Shown here piece by piece: positions 16,172 through 25,296 of a stretch of DNA of 32,884 nt. Below the pieces are notes generated by a model, which saw only the letters and a list, made by a program, of their open reading frames with translations, was not told where the DNA came from and made no database searches. The stretch comes from Nitrospinota bacterium (GTDB lineage: Bacteria; Nitrospinota; Nitrospinia; Nitrospinales; VA-1): assembly GCA_038108555.1 (NCBI GenBank), contig JAYNIA010000027.1:1-32884 (forward strand), written 5' to 3'. The first letter of the stretch is position 1; each line of letters starts with the position of its first letter. Position numbers and translations under genes: made by a program.

Positions 16172-17767
16172 TTAAGAATCCGATGGATATCGAAGCAAAA
16201 GCTGGCGAATGTAGCCGACCCGTTGAAAATCTTCCAGCTTCATAAAAAGCTTTTCTGCCCTTTTTAAATGATAAACCGCTTTTTCAGGTTCAGGAAGGTG
16301 TTCGCGGTATAAATTTCCCAGCATCATATGCCCATCAGCAAAATCGGGTTTGATTCTTATTACATCACTGAATGCCAGACATGCGTCATCATACAATTCT
16401 GCATCGATCAGGGACAATCCCAGATAAAACTGCACCTGCACAGAGTCGGGTTTTAAAGCCACCGCTTTTTTTAAATATTCCACCGCTTCTTTAAACCTGG
16501 ATTCAATGCGACTGGCAATTCCCAGATAAAAGTACACGTTCGAGTCTTTGGGACTTACCTTTTCAGCCCTGTTTAAAACTTCAATAGCCTCTTCTGTTTC
16601 ACCTTGTTTGATATAAGAAGCTCCTAAAGCCGTATATGCGTGTATGAACTCCGGGTTGAGGTCGATTGATTTTTTAAAAACCCAAACCGCTTTGTGCAGG
16701 GCATCGATCCCATTCTCCTCCATACAGCCATAGGCTACTCCCATATTGTAATAGGCATCAAGAAAATCAGGTTTAAATCCGCGCGCCATCTGGTAAGCAT
16801 CGACAGCAGCCTGGTACCAGGTCAGGTTTTGAAGTCGCAATCCCTCTTTCAACCATTCTTCTGCGGCCTTGTTTTTTTCCTGAACCTCGTCTTTGGGTCG
16901 ATAAAGCTGATGGACCAGCGCAGCTCTTTGGAAATCATTTTGACGGATATAAAGTTGCTCCGCCATTTCCAGATATTTCACTGCACGTTTTGGATTCCTC
17001 AATTTTTTGATATGCAAGGAACCCAGCAGATAATAACCTTCAGCAAATTCAGGCCACACCCGCACCGCCCGTTTGAAAGCCTGTCTGGCTGCCGTGTGAT
17101 AACCAAATTCCAGATAAGCCTGACCAATCAACCCACAGATACTCGCAAAAACCTGTAGGGGAGCCTCGGTATTTTTTTTATTCATCTCATAAACATCGCG
17201 ATTTCTACCCAGTCGATCAAAAATAAAAGTCAGCCAATAATCGGCAACGGCAAAATCGGGAGCCATTGGCACAATTTTTTTAAAGGCCGCATAAGATTTC
17301 TTTTCTTTTCCCTGCATCCAGTAGGCCGTTCCCAGGTCAATATATATTTGAGGATAATTGGGTTTTAGGCGTGCGGCCCGCCGGTAGTTTTCTATTTCTT
17401 CCTTGCGATTTCCCAAAGCCATATAAACATGACCCAGCAAATGGTAGGCGGGATAAGCATTCGGGTTTATACGGCAAACATCACGAAGAACCGCTATAGC
17501 TTCATTATAAAAACCCTGTGCGGTGAGTTTGATACCCTCCTCAAACAGCGCGGGGTCTTCCCAGGGATAAGGCAAAAGGTCTTCCACAACCTGAACCAGA
17601 CGGGGAACCGAAAGTTCCATCCCCTTAATGGCCTCAAAATGTTCTGCCAATTCCGGGTTGCTGCTTTTTAGTTTTTCCCCCAATGTGGAAAGGGCAATGC
17701 CGCCTGCGGGTGCCTGATTCTGTTTTTTTCTTACTTTATTTTTTGCCAACCCAAACCTCAAAAACAA
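16172..17767 (-). CDS. multi-TPR protein
   Basis: Repeated TPR units (e.g. NPNAYPAYHLLG, KPDFLDAYYNMG, KPDFADGHMMLG); start uncertain (TTG). Confidence 0.82.
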   Translation of the reverse strand: MFLRFGLAKNKVRKKQNQAPAGGIALSTLGEKLKSSNPELAEHFEAIKGMELSVPRLVQVVEDLLPYPWEDPALFEEGIKLTAQGFYNEAIAVLRDVCRINPNAYPAYHLLGHVYMALGNRKEEIENYRRAARLKPNYPQIYIDLGTAYWMQGKEKKSYAAFKKIVPMAPDFAVADYWLTFIFDRLGRNRDVYEMNKKNTEAPLQVFASICGLIGQAYLEFGYHTAARQAFKRAVRVWPEFAEGYYLLGSLHIKKLRNPKRAVKYLEMAEQLYIRQNDFQRAALVHQLYRPKDEVQEKNKAAEEWLKEGLRLQNLTWYQAAVDAYQMARGFKPDFLDAYYNMGVAYGCMEENGIDALHKAVWVFKKSIDLNPEFIHAYTALGASYIKQGETEEAIEVLNRAEKVSPKDSNVYFYLGIASRIESRFKEAVEYLKKAVALKPDSVQVQFYLGLSLIDAELYDDACLAFSDVIRIKPDFADGHMMLGNLYREHLPEPEKAVYHLKRAEKLFMKLEDFQRVGYIRQLLLRYPSDS

Positions 17768-17916
17768 TTTTTAAAACGGCAATCACTTGATTATATTGCA
17801 TAAAATCATTTTATCGGAGACCTTTTCAACTTGTTTATGTAGTTGAATGCATTGAAAATATGGGAAATGGCGAAGAAAAAAAGTGGGTCTCTATTCAATG
17901 GGAGGCGAGACCTGAT

Positions 17917-18990
17917 TTATTTTTCTACATATAAAGGAGAGTTTTTATATTGAAGTATCCCACGCGAAATAAGGACATTGAGCACCGCTACTGTGGGAAC
18001 CCCCAGGATCATTCCAACCAGGCCGAACAATTCACCTCCCAAAAGAACGGCGAACATAACGGCTACCGGATGAAGGCCGATATTTTCCCCCACCACACGG
18101 GGAGTAATGACCATGCCTTCCATCGCTTGAACAAAAGCAAAAACTCCAGCAACCCCAAGCACGGAAAGCCATTCCTGGGTATGCATAAAAGTTAAAATTG
18201 CCGCAGGCGCAAATCCCAAAATCAAACCTAGATAAGGAACCAGATTGAAAAGACCTGCCATCAGCCCCAAAGAAAGACTCATGGGAGTGTCACATAAAAA
18301 TAACCCAATCGCATACATAATCCCCATCAAAGCCACAACCATCAATTGTCCACGAACAAAACTGGATAAGACCTCATCAATTTCGCCAAGAACTTCTCGT
18401 GATTTCTGTTGATAGCGGGGAGGAACCAAAGCCATGAGTTTTGCATTTATAGAATCAAAATCTCTTAGCAAATAAAACATGACAACGGGAATGATCACCA
18501 GATTAGCAATCATTAAAATAATATTGAAAAGGTTTGAAATGGAGCCCCATAGCAGTTTCCCCGAAAACTTCAGGGCTTTCATGGGGATCTCTCCAAAACG
18601 CGACAAACCTTCGTTTAGAACCTCTTCAACCTTTATCGGATCAAGTCCCTTTACCATTTCAATGAGCGGACGCAACCAGTCCTGGAAAATCCCGATATAG
18701 ACCGGAATATTCTTAACCAGGTTTTCTGTTTGCATGCTTAACACCGGGACCAAAAATATACCGGCGAAAACCAGTAGCATGAAAAAAACAATCATCAGGG
18801 ACAAAACAGAGACGGTTCTTGAAACACCTTTCTCAACCATCTTATCCACCATCGGATCCAACAGATAGGAAAGAGCAAATGCGATGAAAAACGGGGCGAC
18901 AATTCGGCGAGAAAAATAAAGGAAAATACAAACCACGACAAACACAGCTAAAGCAATCAGAAACAGGTTTTTATTTTTCTCCTGATTCAT
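17917..18990 (-). CDS. AI-2E family (PerM-like) transporter
   Basis: PFFIAFALSYLLDP, FYLLRD, SSFVRGQ, NLVPYLG, EGMVITPRVVGENIGLHP, GMILGVP. Confidence 0.92.
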   Translation of the reverse strand: MNQEKNKNLFLIALAVFVVVCIFLYFSRRIVAPFFIAFALSYLLDPMVDKMVEKGVSRTVSVLSLMIVFFMLLVFAGIFLVPVLSMQTENLVKNIPVYIGIFQDWLRPLIEMVKGLDPIKVEEVLNEGLSRFGEIPMKALKFSGKLLWGSISNLFNIILMIANLVIIPVVMFYLLRDFDSINAKLMALVPPRYQQKSREVLGEIDEVLSSFVRGQLMVVALMGIMYAIGLFLCDTPMSLSLGLMAGLFNLVPYLGLILGFAPAAILTFMHTQEWLSVLGVAGVFAFVQAMEGMVITPRVVGENIGLHPVAVMFAVLLGGELFGLVGMILGVPTVAVLNVLISRGILQYKNSPLYVEK

Positions 18991-18993
18991 AAC

Positions 18994-19962
18994 TTACATA
19001 TCCGCCATGGGCATCGGGGGAGCGTCTACAACCTTTTCTTCAGGGGCCTGTACACCTTTCTCCCAATACCGATGAAAAGAAGGCAACAGAAAATCAGCCA
19101 GTTTCTTGCTGGTCACATCAAAGGCTTCAAGTTCTGCTGATAATTCATACTCATTTTTAATGGTTGCAAAATCGCTTTTTGCGGCAATCAGGGAAGAATC
19201 GATCGCCGAAATGGCCCTGGCACTGATATTTACCTGAACCATTTTCATATTTTTATCTTTATTTTTTTTTAATTTTGAGATAGCGGTTCCCACGATAACG
19301 ATATCTGCCCCGGCTTTCAAGCCGATATTCCTTGCATCTTCAACATTTCCCTTGATCGCACTTAAAACAACTGCTTCAGAAATCGTATCACGAATCTGCT
19401 CCCTGTCTATTACCTCCACTCCCGACTCCAAAAAGTTTTTGGCAAGCTGTGTCTCTGATATGGGTACCAGATCCCAGAAAGAGGAAATGGGTGCAGAGGT
19501 AAAACTGCTCTCCTTCATCAGGACGAGAACCTTGTGTTCACTGATGGGACCCGCAATCACCCCCATCCCCGCCAAAGCCTGATTAACGGCTCCGGGAAAA
19601 AATCGTACCTGCAACACAACCTGACTCACTTTATTTTCGATATCATCCACCGCCTGCAGGTACCTGTAGCTTTTTACATAACGACTGGCCCGTCGAATAA
19701 TTTTTTTTAGTTCTCGCTCATTAACAGCAAACTCTTCTTCACCCATTAAATCTTTGAACACCTGTTCCATCGCATCTTTCATGGCAAACGAAACCGCTTT
19801 CTTTCGGGCCACTACATAGTTCTCATTCTTTGCGGCGACCTGGGCCATCCCTTCATAAGAATCCTTTAATACCGGTTGAGCTGAAACATTCCCACAGGGA
19901 TTCACCAGCATTAACAAAAGCCCAAAGGACAGAATATTTTTTACAAGGATATACTTCTTCAT
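18994..19962 (-). CDS. exported hypothetical protein (FlgT N-terminal/CsgG-like domains possible)
   Basis: Signal peptide; ARKKAV..AMKDA helix; VIDRE and ARNIGLKAGADIVIVG resemble CsgG/LpoB-like folds. Confidence 0.6.
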   Translation of the reverse strand: MKKYILVKNILSFGLLLMLVNPCGNVSAQPVLKDSYEGMAQVAAKNENYVVARKKAVSFAMKDAMEQVFKDLMGEEEFAVNERELKKIIRRASRYVKSYRYLQAVDDIENKVSQVVLQVRFFPGAVNQALAGMGVIAGPISEHKVLVLMKESSFTSAPISSFWDLVPISETQLAKNFLESGVEVIDREQIRDTISEAVVLSAIKGNVEDARNIGLKAGADIVIVGTAISKLKKNKDKNMKMVQVNISARAISAIDSSLIAAKSDFATIKNEYELSAELEAFDVTSKKLADFLLPSFHRYWEKGVQAPEEKVVDAPPMPMADM

Positions 19963-20720
19963 TTCCTTTTCTTTGCCCCACGCGCCGCAGGTGGTTCAAC
20001 AGCCACCAGCCTTTTCAGCGACTTCACTTCTTTCGGACTCAAAAACCGGCACGCACCTATAGGAAGCCCTGTCAAATTCAATCCACCAAAATGGGTGCGT
20101 TGCAGCTTTATCACTGGATGGCCAATATGCTCGCAAACTTTTTTAATATGCCGGTTCTTACCCTCCACCAATGTCATTATAAGGAAACAATTCTTGCCAC
20201 TGGTTTTTTGGATTTTGGCTTCCATGGGTTTGAATTTCTCACCCTCTATATTGACCCCTCGGGTCAATCGCTTAAGTGTTTTCTCGTTGGGTATCCCCGA
20301 GACTTTCACTTTATAGGTTCGCTCGACCTGATACTTCGGCAACAGCAGCTTTTTTGCCACCGCACCATCATTGGTAAAAAGAAGCACCCCTTGAGTATTG
20401 TAATCGAGACGCCCCACAGGAAAAACCCTGACCTTTGTCACCTTGACATACTCCATAACCGTGGTTCGTCCGCGCTTATCATCCGCCATTGTTGTGAGAC
20501 AACCCGTGGGTTTATTAAGGACGATATAAACCTCATCCTGCTTTTTCGGAATTAGTTTTCCAGAAACCTTGATTCGATCGACACGAGGGTCTGCCAGTGA
20601 ACCCAATTGAGTCACTACCTTATTATTGACCTTGACCTTTCCTTCTTGAATCCATCTCTCCGCCTCCCTTCGGGAAGCAAGGCCTGCGTCAGCAATAATT
20701 TTTTGCAAACGAATTTCCAT
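19959..20720 (-). CDS. rluB: S4-domain rRNA pseudouridine synthase (RluB/RsuA family)
   Basis: RLQKIIADAGLASRREAE, LNKP, PVGRLDYNTQG, EGKNRHIK; follows scpB. Confidence 0.88.
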   Translation of the reverse strand: MEIRLQKIIADAGLASRREAERWIQEGKVKVNNKVVTQLGSLADPRVDRIKVSGKLIPKKQDEVYIVLNKPTGCLTTMADDKRGRTTVMEYVKVTKVRVFPVGRLDYNTQGVLLFTNDGAVAKKLLLPKYQVERTYKVKVSGIPNEKTLKRLTRGVNIEGEKFKPMEAKIQKTSGKNCFLIMTLVEGKNRHIKKVCEHIGHPVIKLQRTHFGGLNLTGLPIGACRFLSPKEVKSLKRLVAVEPPAARGAKKRK

Positions 20721-20764
20721 AATGTAAAAACCGGGTGGTGAAAACAGGGGATAAAGCCAGGGTA

Positions 20765-21388
20765 TTATTTTTGTGAGTCGCCTTCCGAATCTTGACCCGC
20801 TTCAGACTCTGAAGGACTCGCATTTGCGAATTCAATTTGCGCTTGCAAAGGAGGGTCATCGCCTTCCAGTTCTTCTTTTAAATCTTCCAGGGTCGGCAAG
20901 TCACTCAGATCTTTTAAACCAAAATACTCTAGAAACTTTTGGGTCGTGCGATACATGATGGGCCTTCCGGGTACTTTTTTCCGCCCTGCGGGTCCTATCA
21001 CTTTTTTCTCCAGCAGGGTCTTCAGAACACCGCTGGAATCGACCCCGCGAATATCGTCCACTTCCTGCCGGGTGAGGGGTTGTTTATAGGCAATGATCGA
21101 AAGCGTGTCCAAGCTGGGCTGGGACAAACGTGAAGACCGGTCGAGCTTTAGAAACTTTCTAATCCAGTCGTTATATTCATGCCGGGTACATAACTGGTAG
21201 CCATCTGCAACTTCCAGTATTTGAAGATTCCGGGACTGGTATTCTTCCTTTAATTCCTCCAGAATGGACTGCAATTCATTTTTTTCCGCCTCATTGAGAA
21301 AAATTTTTTCAAGCTCTCCCACGTGAACCGGCTGGTCAGCAGCCAACAAAACATTCTCAACGATAGATTTTAATTCTTCCCGTTCCAT
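20765..21388 (-). CDS. scpB: SMC-Scp complex subunit ScpB
   Basis: LSIIAYKQPLTRQEVDDIRGVDS, PGRPIMYRTTQKFLEYFGL..LSDLP. Confidence 0.95.
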   Translation of the reverse strand: MEREELKSIVENVLLAADQPVHVGELEKIFLNEAEKNELQSILEELKEEYQSRNLQILEVADGYQLCTRHEYNDWIRKFLKLDRSSRLSQPSLDTLSIIAYKQPLTRQEVDDIRGVDSSGVLKTLLEKKVIGPAGRKKVPGRPIMYRTTQKFLEYFGLKDLSDLPTLEDLKEELEGDDPPLQAQIEFANASPSESEAGQDSEGDSQK

Positions 21389-21420
21389 AATTTATTTATT
21401 CCATTTGTCCCCTGATCAGC

Positions 21421-21539
21421 CCCATTGCATCCCCACGCTAGTGGGCCCCTTGACAGGGGAAGTAACTTAAAAGAAAAAGCTTTACTACATCCTCCAGTTA
21501 TTTTTAAGTCTCGTCCCATTGCATCCCCACGCTAGTGGG
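21421..21539. repeat. 25-bp direct repeat CCCATTGCATCCCCACGCTAGTGGG (21421-21445 and 21515-21539) with a 69-bp spacer
   Basis: Two exact copies read directly; the second copy contains the dcd stop codon; internal CCC(C)AC-GCTA-GTGGG(G) hairpin. Confidence 0.9.
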
Positions 21540-22704
21540 GTTCAAAGTATTTGCTTAAGGCCAAGCCCTGCGAATGGTAATTGGAGTTCAACTCAATTCC
21601 ATAAACCCTCTCGGGCCTTTCCACTACACGCTCAAACTTGAGCCGACAAAAAGTCTGCCCATGCTCAACCATAAAAGGAACATCATGGGGCCGGACTTCC
21701 ATCACCGCCCGGGTTCCCTGATTCATTAATTCATCGGTACCATTCCATCCAAAACCGGAATCAAAAAAACCCGCATAGTGAGTGCGCAACTCACCGCTAT
21801 TCGGCTCATAAGCTATCATTTCTGCCAGCCAGTCGGGCCAGATACAGATTTTTTCCTTCGACATCATAATATAAAAGCTTTCCGGTTCCAGGATCAATCG
21901 GTTCTTTTTAGGTCGATAAATTGGTTCCCAAAATTCCTCCGCTTTGTAATGCCGTATTTTGGAAAGGTCAATGACACTGGAATTGGTTTTTGCCTTATAT
22001 GCGACAATAGAGTCGGGTTGGTCGCCTGAAACATCAACCCCCACATAAACCCCGCCCTCTACCTTAACCTGATCAAAGGGAATGGCGAACCCGCTGCGAT
22101 CGAATAAAATGGGGTTATTTTTATATTTGATCTCCAATCCCTGTTTACCAAGAGTATGCGAAGTGACATGGGCCACCCGCAATTGATTCAGAGACAGACC
22201 TGTTTTAACTTTTACCGGAAAAGAACGTGGAATCACTTCAAGATAAAGCTTACCCCGATAGCCACGTGGAATTTCATCAAACCGGTGACTTTCATCCACA
22301 ATTACCCGCGTGAACATATCCAACCGGCCGGTAGAGCTTTTCGGATTGGCCAGTCCATAAAATGAGGATGAAAGATTCAACTCTTCCATAAGTGGAATCA
22401 GGTAAATGGCATTTTTTTCCAATATCCCGCCGTTTGAAATATCAAATTCATAAAGGGATACTTCCTTCAAACGGGTTTCTACAGGCTCATTTTCGGGCAG
22501 AAAACTGCATTGAATTCGATACGCTTTGGCCCCCAACCGTAAATCCAGACTCACCGGCTGGATCTGCGACCCTTCAATGGGATTTTTGGAATGGATCATC
22601 CCCTCCTTCAATGCCTGTTCTATGAACTGGCAGGGAAGATAGCCGGATTTGCCTTTCAAGGTAAGCGCAAGGCCAGAATTCTCTGTTTCGGTAGCGGATT
22701 CCAT
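21532..22704 (-). CDS. dcd: 2'-deoxycytidine 5'-triphosphate deaminase, long two-domain type
   Basis: QIQPVSLDLRLG, ANPKSSTGRLD, RTHYAGFFDSGFG, MEVRPHDVPF, NYHSQGLALSKYF. Confidence 0.9.
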   Translation of the reverse strand: MESATETENSGLALTLKGKSGYLPCQFIEQALKEGMIHSKNPIEGSQIQPVSLDLRLGAKAYRIQCSFLPENEPVETRLKEVSLYEFDISNGGILEKNAIYLIPLMEELNLSSSFYGLANPKSSTGRLDMFTRVIVDESHRFDEIPRGYRGKLYLEVIPRSFPVKVKTGLSLNQLRVAHVTSHTLGKQGLEIKYKNNPILFDRSGFAIPFDQVKVEGGVYVGVDVSGDQPDSIVAYKAKTNSSVIDLSKIRHYKAEEFWEPIYRPKKNRLILEPESFYIMMSKEKICIWPDWLAEMIAYEPNSGELRTHYAGFFDSGFGWNGTDELMNQGTRAVMEVRPHDVPFMVEHGQTFCRLKFERVVERPERVYGIELNSNYHSQGLALSKYFEPH

Positions 22705-22834
22705 TTAAAATTAGACTCGCAGGGTATAAAGCCAAAGTGAATACCAGTTCACTTAAGCAAATTGTAAAAACGTTATGAGAGCGGAAAAATCTCGTTGGCA
22801 AGAAATAATCACCCCTCCAAACGAACCTGTCCGG

Positions 22835-22864
22835 TTGACAGGTCGTTCGCGGCTATGATTTAAT
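22835..22864 (+). promoter_or_regulatory. candidate sigma70 promoter for the 23051 ORF, overlapped by an inverted repeat
   Basis: TTGACA-18 nt-TTTAAT; the -35 lies within CGAACCTGTC-CGGTT-GACAGGTCGTTCG. Confidence 0.35.
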
Positions 22865-23050
22865 CGTATTACTCGATAAAATTCAACCTGATTATTCCCA
22901 TAATAGCTAAAAACTCTTTAAGTGCACGAATAGAATTGGTCATTAGATAGACCCCGCACATTATCCGGGGATTTGGGAATAAATAAGGAACCGCAGCGAT
23001 CTTTAGCAAACGGGTTATCAACAATGTCTATAGGGTACTAGAAACAAATT

Positions 23051-25048
23051 ATGGATTCAAAACACAAAAAAACAGAGTCGACAAATTTATTGAAAAACTC
23101 CATTATCACGGTTATTGGAGTGGCCATCGTTGGAGTAGGACTATGGGCCCTCATGTCTTATTCGACTCCCTCCAGCAATCTCCAACCCTATGACAACTAT
23201 AAGGAAGCTAAAAAACAACCTAAAGCCAAGGAAGACAAACCCAAACCCTCTAACGACCAGATAGGGTCTAAAACCCGGGAGATTGCTTCTACACCCAATA
23301 GTGATTTGGGAAACCTGGTAAAAACAGCAACTTCTACCCCGTCTACCCAATCCCAACTGCCTCGAAAAGCATTGGAGCATATCCAAAAAGGCATGCAGCT
23401 GACAGAAAAAGGCGAATTTAACGCCGGCAATATGGAGTTTGAAAAAGCGTCTCAAATAAGTCCCGATTCCGCAGACCTTTATTCCATTTGGGGAGCCGCT
23501 CTGAGAATGGCTAAAAAATTCAAAGGAGCTAATAAAAGGTTTGCCCGCGCTCACGAGCTGGCCCCCAACGACAGCGAAATCACTTTCAACTGGGCCATGT
23601 CGCAATTGGAAGGTGATATTCCCGATGATGCAATCCGCCTGTTCCAAAAATCCATCGATCTGGACCCCAATAACATCATGGCCTATAACCTTCTCGGAAA
23701 ATCGTATGGCAGAAAAAAAATGTACGACGAGGAAGCCGCCGCCTACAAAAAAGCCATCGAAATTGACCCCAATTTTGCTTTGGGCCATTTCAATCTTGGA
23801 ATCGTACTCGGTATTCAGAAAAAATTTGAATCGGCTGCACCGCATTTCCTAAAAGCAATTGAGTTGGATAAAGAGTATGAAAAACCCTTCGTTGTCCAAA
23901 TGCTGGTGGCTCTGGGTAAATACGATCCCTCCGGCAAACCCATCAATCAGCCGAAACCAGTGAAAAAGGAGGAACCCGCAAAAAAACCGGAACCCGTGGT
24001 TGAAGAAGCAAAATTAACAGAGAAGCCAAAGTCGGAGACACCAAAAAAAGAAGATAAAAAAAGCGAAGGTTCCGACCATAAAATGGAAGGTTCCAAAAAG
24101 GTTAACGAAACCACCCATGTAAAAGGTAAAATTTTGATCAATGGCAAACCACCCACGGCCAACACTCTCGTTTTCCTGGAAACAAAAACCAAGGTGCGAG
24201 TAAAAGACCAGCAAAAAGGCCAGGCCATCACGATCAACCAGAGTGGATTAAATTTTCACCCGCGTCACTCCATCGTCCAAGTGGGAGCCACCATCACATT
24301 CGCCAACCACGACAAGGAAGTGCACAATATTTATTCCAAATCCCAGAACAACCAGTTCAATCTGGGGGCCATGGCGGCTGGCTCTACAAAAACTATCGAG
24401 GTCACCAAAGCCGGACCCATCGTATTGCGATGCAATATGCACAAAGACATGATCGGAACCCTATTTGTTGTTCCCAATGGTTATTACACGCAACCAAATG
24501 CAAAAGGGGAATACGAATTTAAGAATGTAAAAAGTGAAGGCTATATCATGCAGGTGTGGGCTCCGATGCTGAGTCCCGATGAAGTGCATGCAAACCTCCG
24601 CTCCGCAGACCTTACAGGTGTGGACCAGACTTTCGATTTTGATATCAAGTCGGCCTCCGTCCCCGGTGAAATCCACGACATGACCGACCCGACGGACTAC
24701 AACGCCATCGTCGATAATATTGAAAAGGAAATGTTCCAGGCCATCGAAGACTGGAAGAATGGCAAAAAATTTATTTCGCGAAAACGCATGCTGATGGCCA
24801 TCACCAAACATTTCGATGGGGAAGGTTTGAAAGATGCCATCGCCAAAAGTTTCAGTTCCAAACGCAGTATCCTACTGGAACGAAAACTCGATAAAATCCG
24901 GAAGGAAATTTCCGGCTATGGCAAAACTGACGAGCCGGTAACCGAAGCCTCTCTGAAAAGCCAGGCCGAGTTCGCCGTATCCCAGCTTCGCTTGAACGTA
25001 AAAGAACTCGAAGCCCGCATCCAGCCCGGCAACGCCGGGGGGAAGTAA
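23051..25048 (+). CDS. membrane-anchored TPR + cupredoxin-like + helical C-terminal domain protein
   Basis: N-terminal TM, about 5 TPRs, Lys/Glu/Pro linker, NHDKEVHNIYS...LRCNMHKDM (His/Cys/His/Met), then a helical tail. Confidence 0.8.
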   Translation: MDSKHKKTESTNLLKNSIITVIGVAIVGVGLWALMSYSTPSSNLQPYDNYKEAKKQPKAKEDKPKPSNDQIGSKTREIASTPNSDLGNLVKTATSTPSTQSQLPRKALEHIQKGMQLTEKGEFNAGNMEFEKASQISPDSADLYSIWGAALRMAKKFKGANKRFARAHELAPNDSEITFNWAMSQLEGDIPDDAIRLFQKSIDLDPNNIMAYNLLGKSYGRKKMYDEEAAAYKKAIEIDPNFALGHFNLGIVLGIQKKFESAAPHFLKAIELDKEYEKPFVVQMLVALGKYDPSGKPINQPKPVKKEEPAKKPEPVVEEAKLTEKPKSETPKKEDKKSEGSDHKMEGSKKVNETTHVKGKILINGKPPTANTLVFLETKTKVRVKDQQKGQAITINQSGLNFHPRHSIVQVGATITFANHDKEVHNIYSKSQNNQFNLGAMAAGSTKTIEVTKAGPIVLRCNMHKDMIGTLFVVPNGYYTQPNAKGEYEFKNVKSEGYIMQVWAPMLSPDEVHANLRSADLTGVDQTFDFDIKSASVPGEIHDMTDPTDYNAIVDNIEKEMFQAIEDWKNGKKFISRKRMLMAITKHFDGEGLKDAIAKSFSSKRSILLERKLDKIRKEISGYGKTDEPVTEASLKSQAEFAVSQLRLNVKELEARIQPGNAGGK

Positions 25049-25296
25049 AACCCCTTTAGGTAAAAGCGTCGGCTCAGCAGACTAAAAACTAAGACCCTTT
25101 GGCCCTGCGCCAAGCAGCCCACTTCCGTGGGTGGGGAATAACCCCCTGGCGGGGGAGGCCATTGAAACGTCATTGCGAAAAGGCCAAACCAAATAGGCCA
25201 AAAAATTTCCGAGCAAACAATAACCCCTAAGCTTATAAACGCATTTTATGTTAACCACCTCTTTCCCAAAGTGGGTCGGGGTGATATATTGAGCCG

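Noticed and set aside
21421..21539. CRISPR array
   Set aside because: Only two repeat copies, a 69-bp spacer, one copy overlapping a gene stop, and no cas genes in the window; kept only as a direct repeat
25049..25296. T-box or c-di-GMP riboswitch before cysS
   Set aside because: No T-box (AGGGTGGNACCGCG) or GEMM consensus is recognisable on either strand
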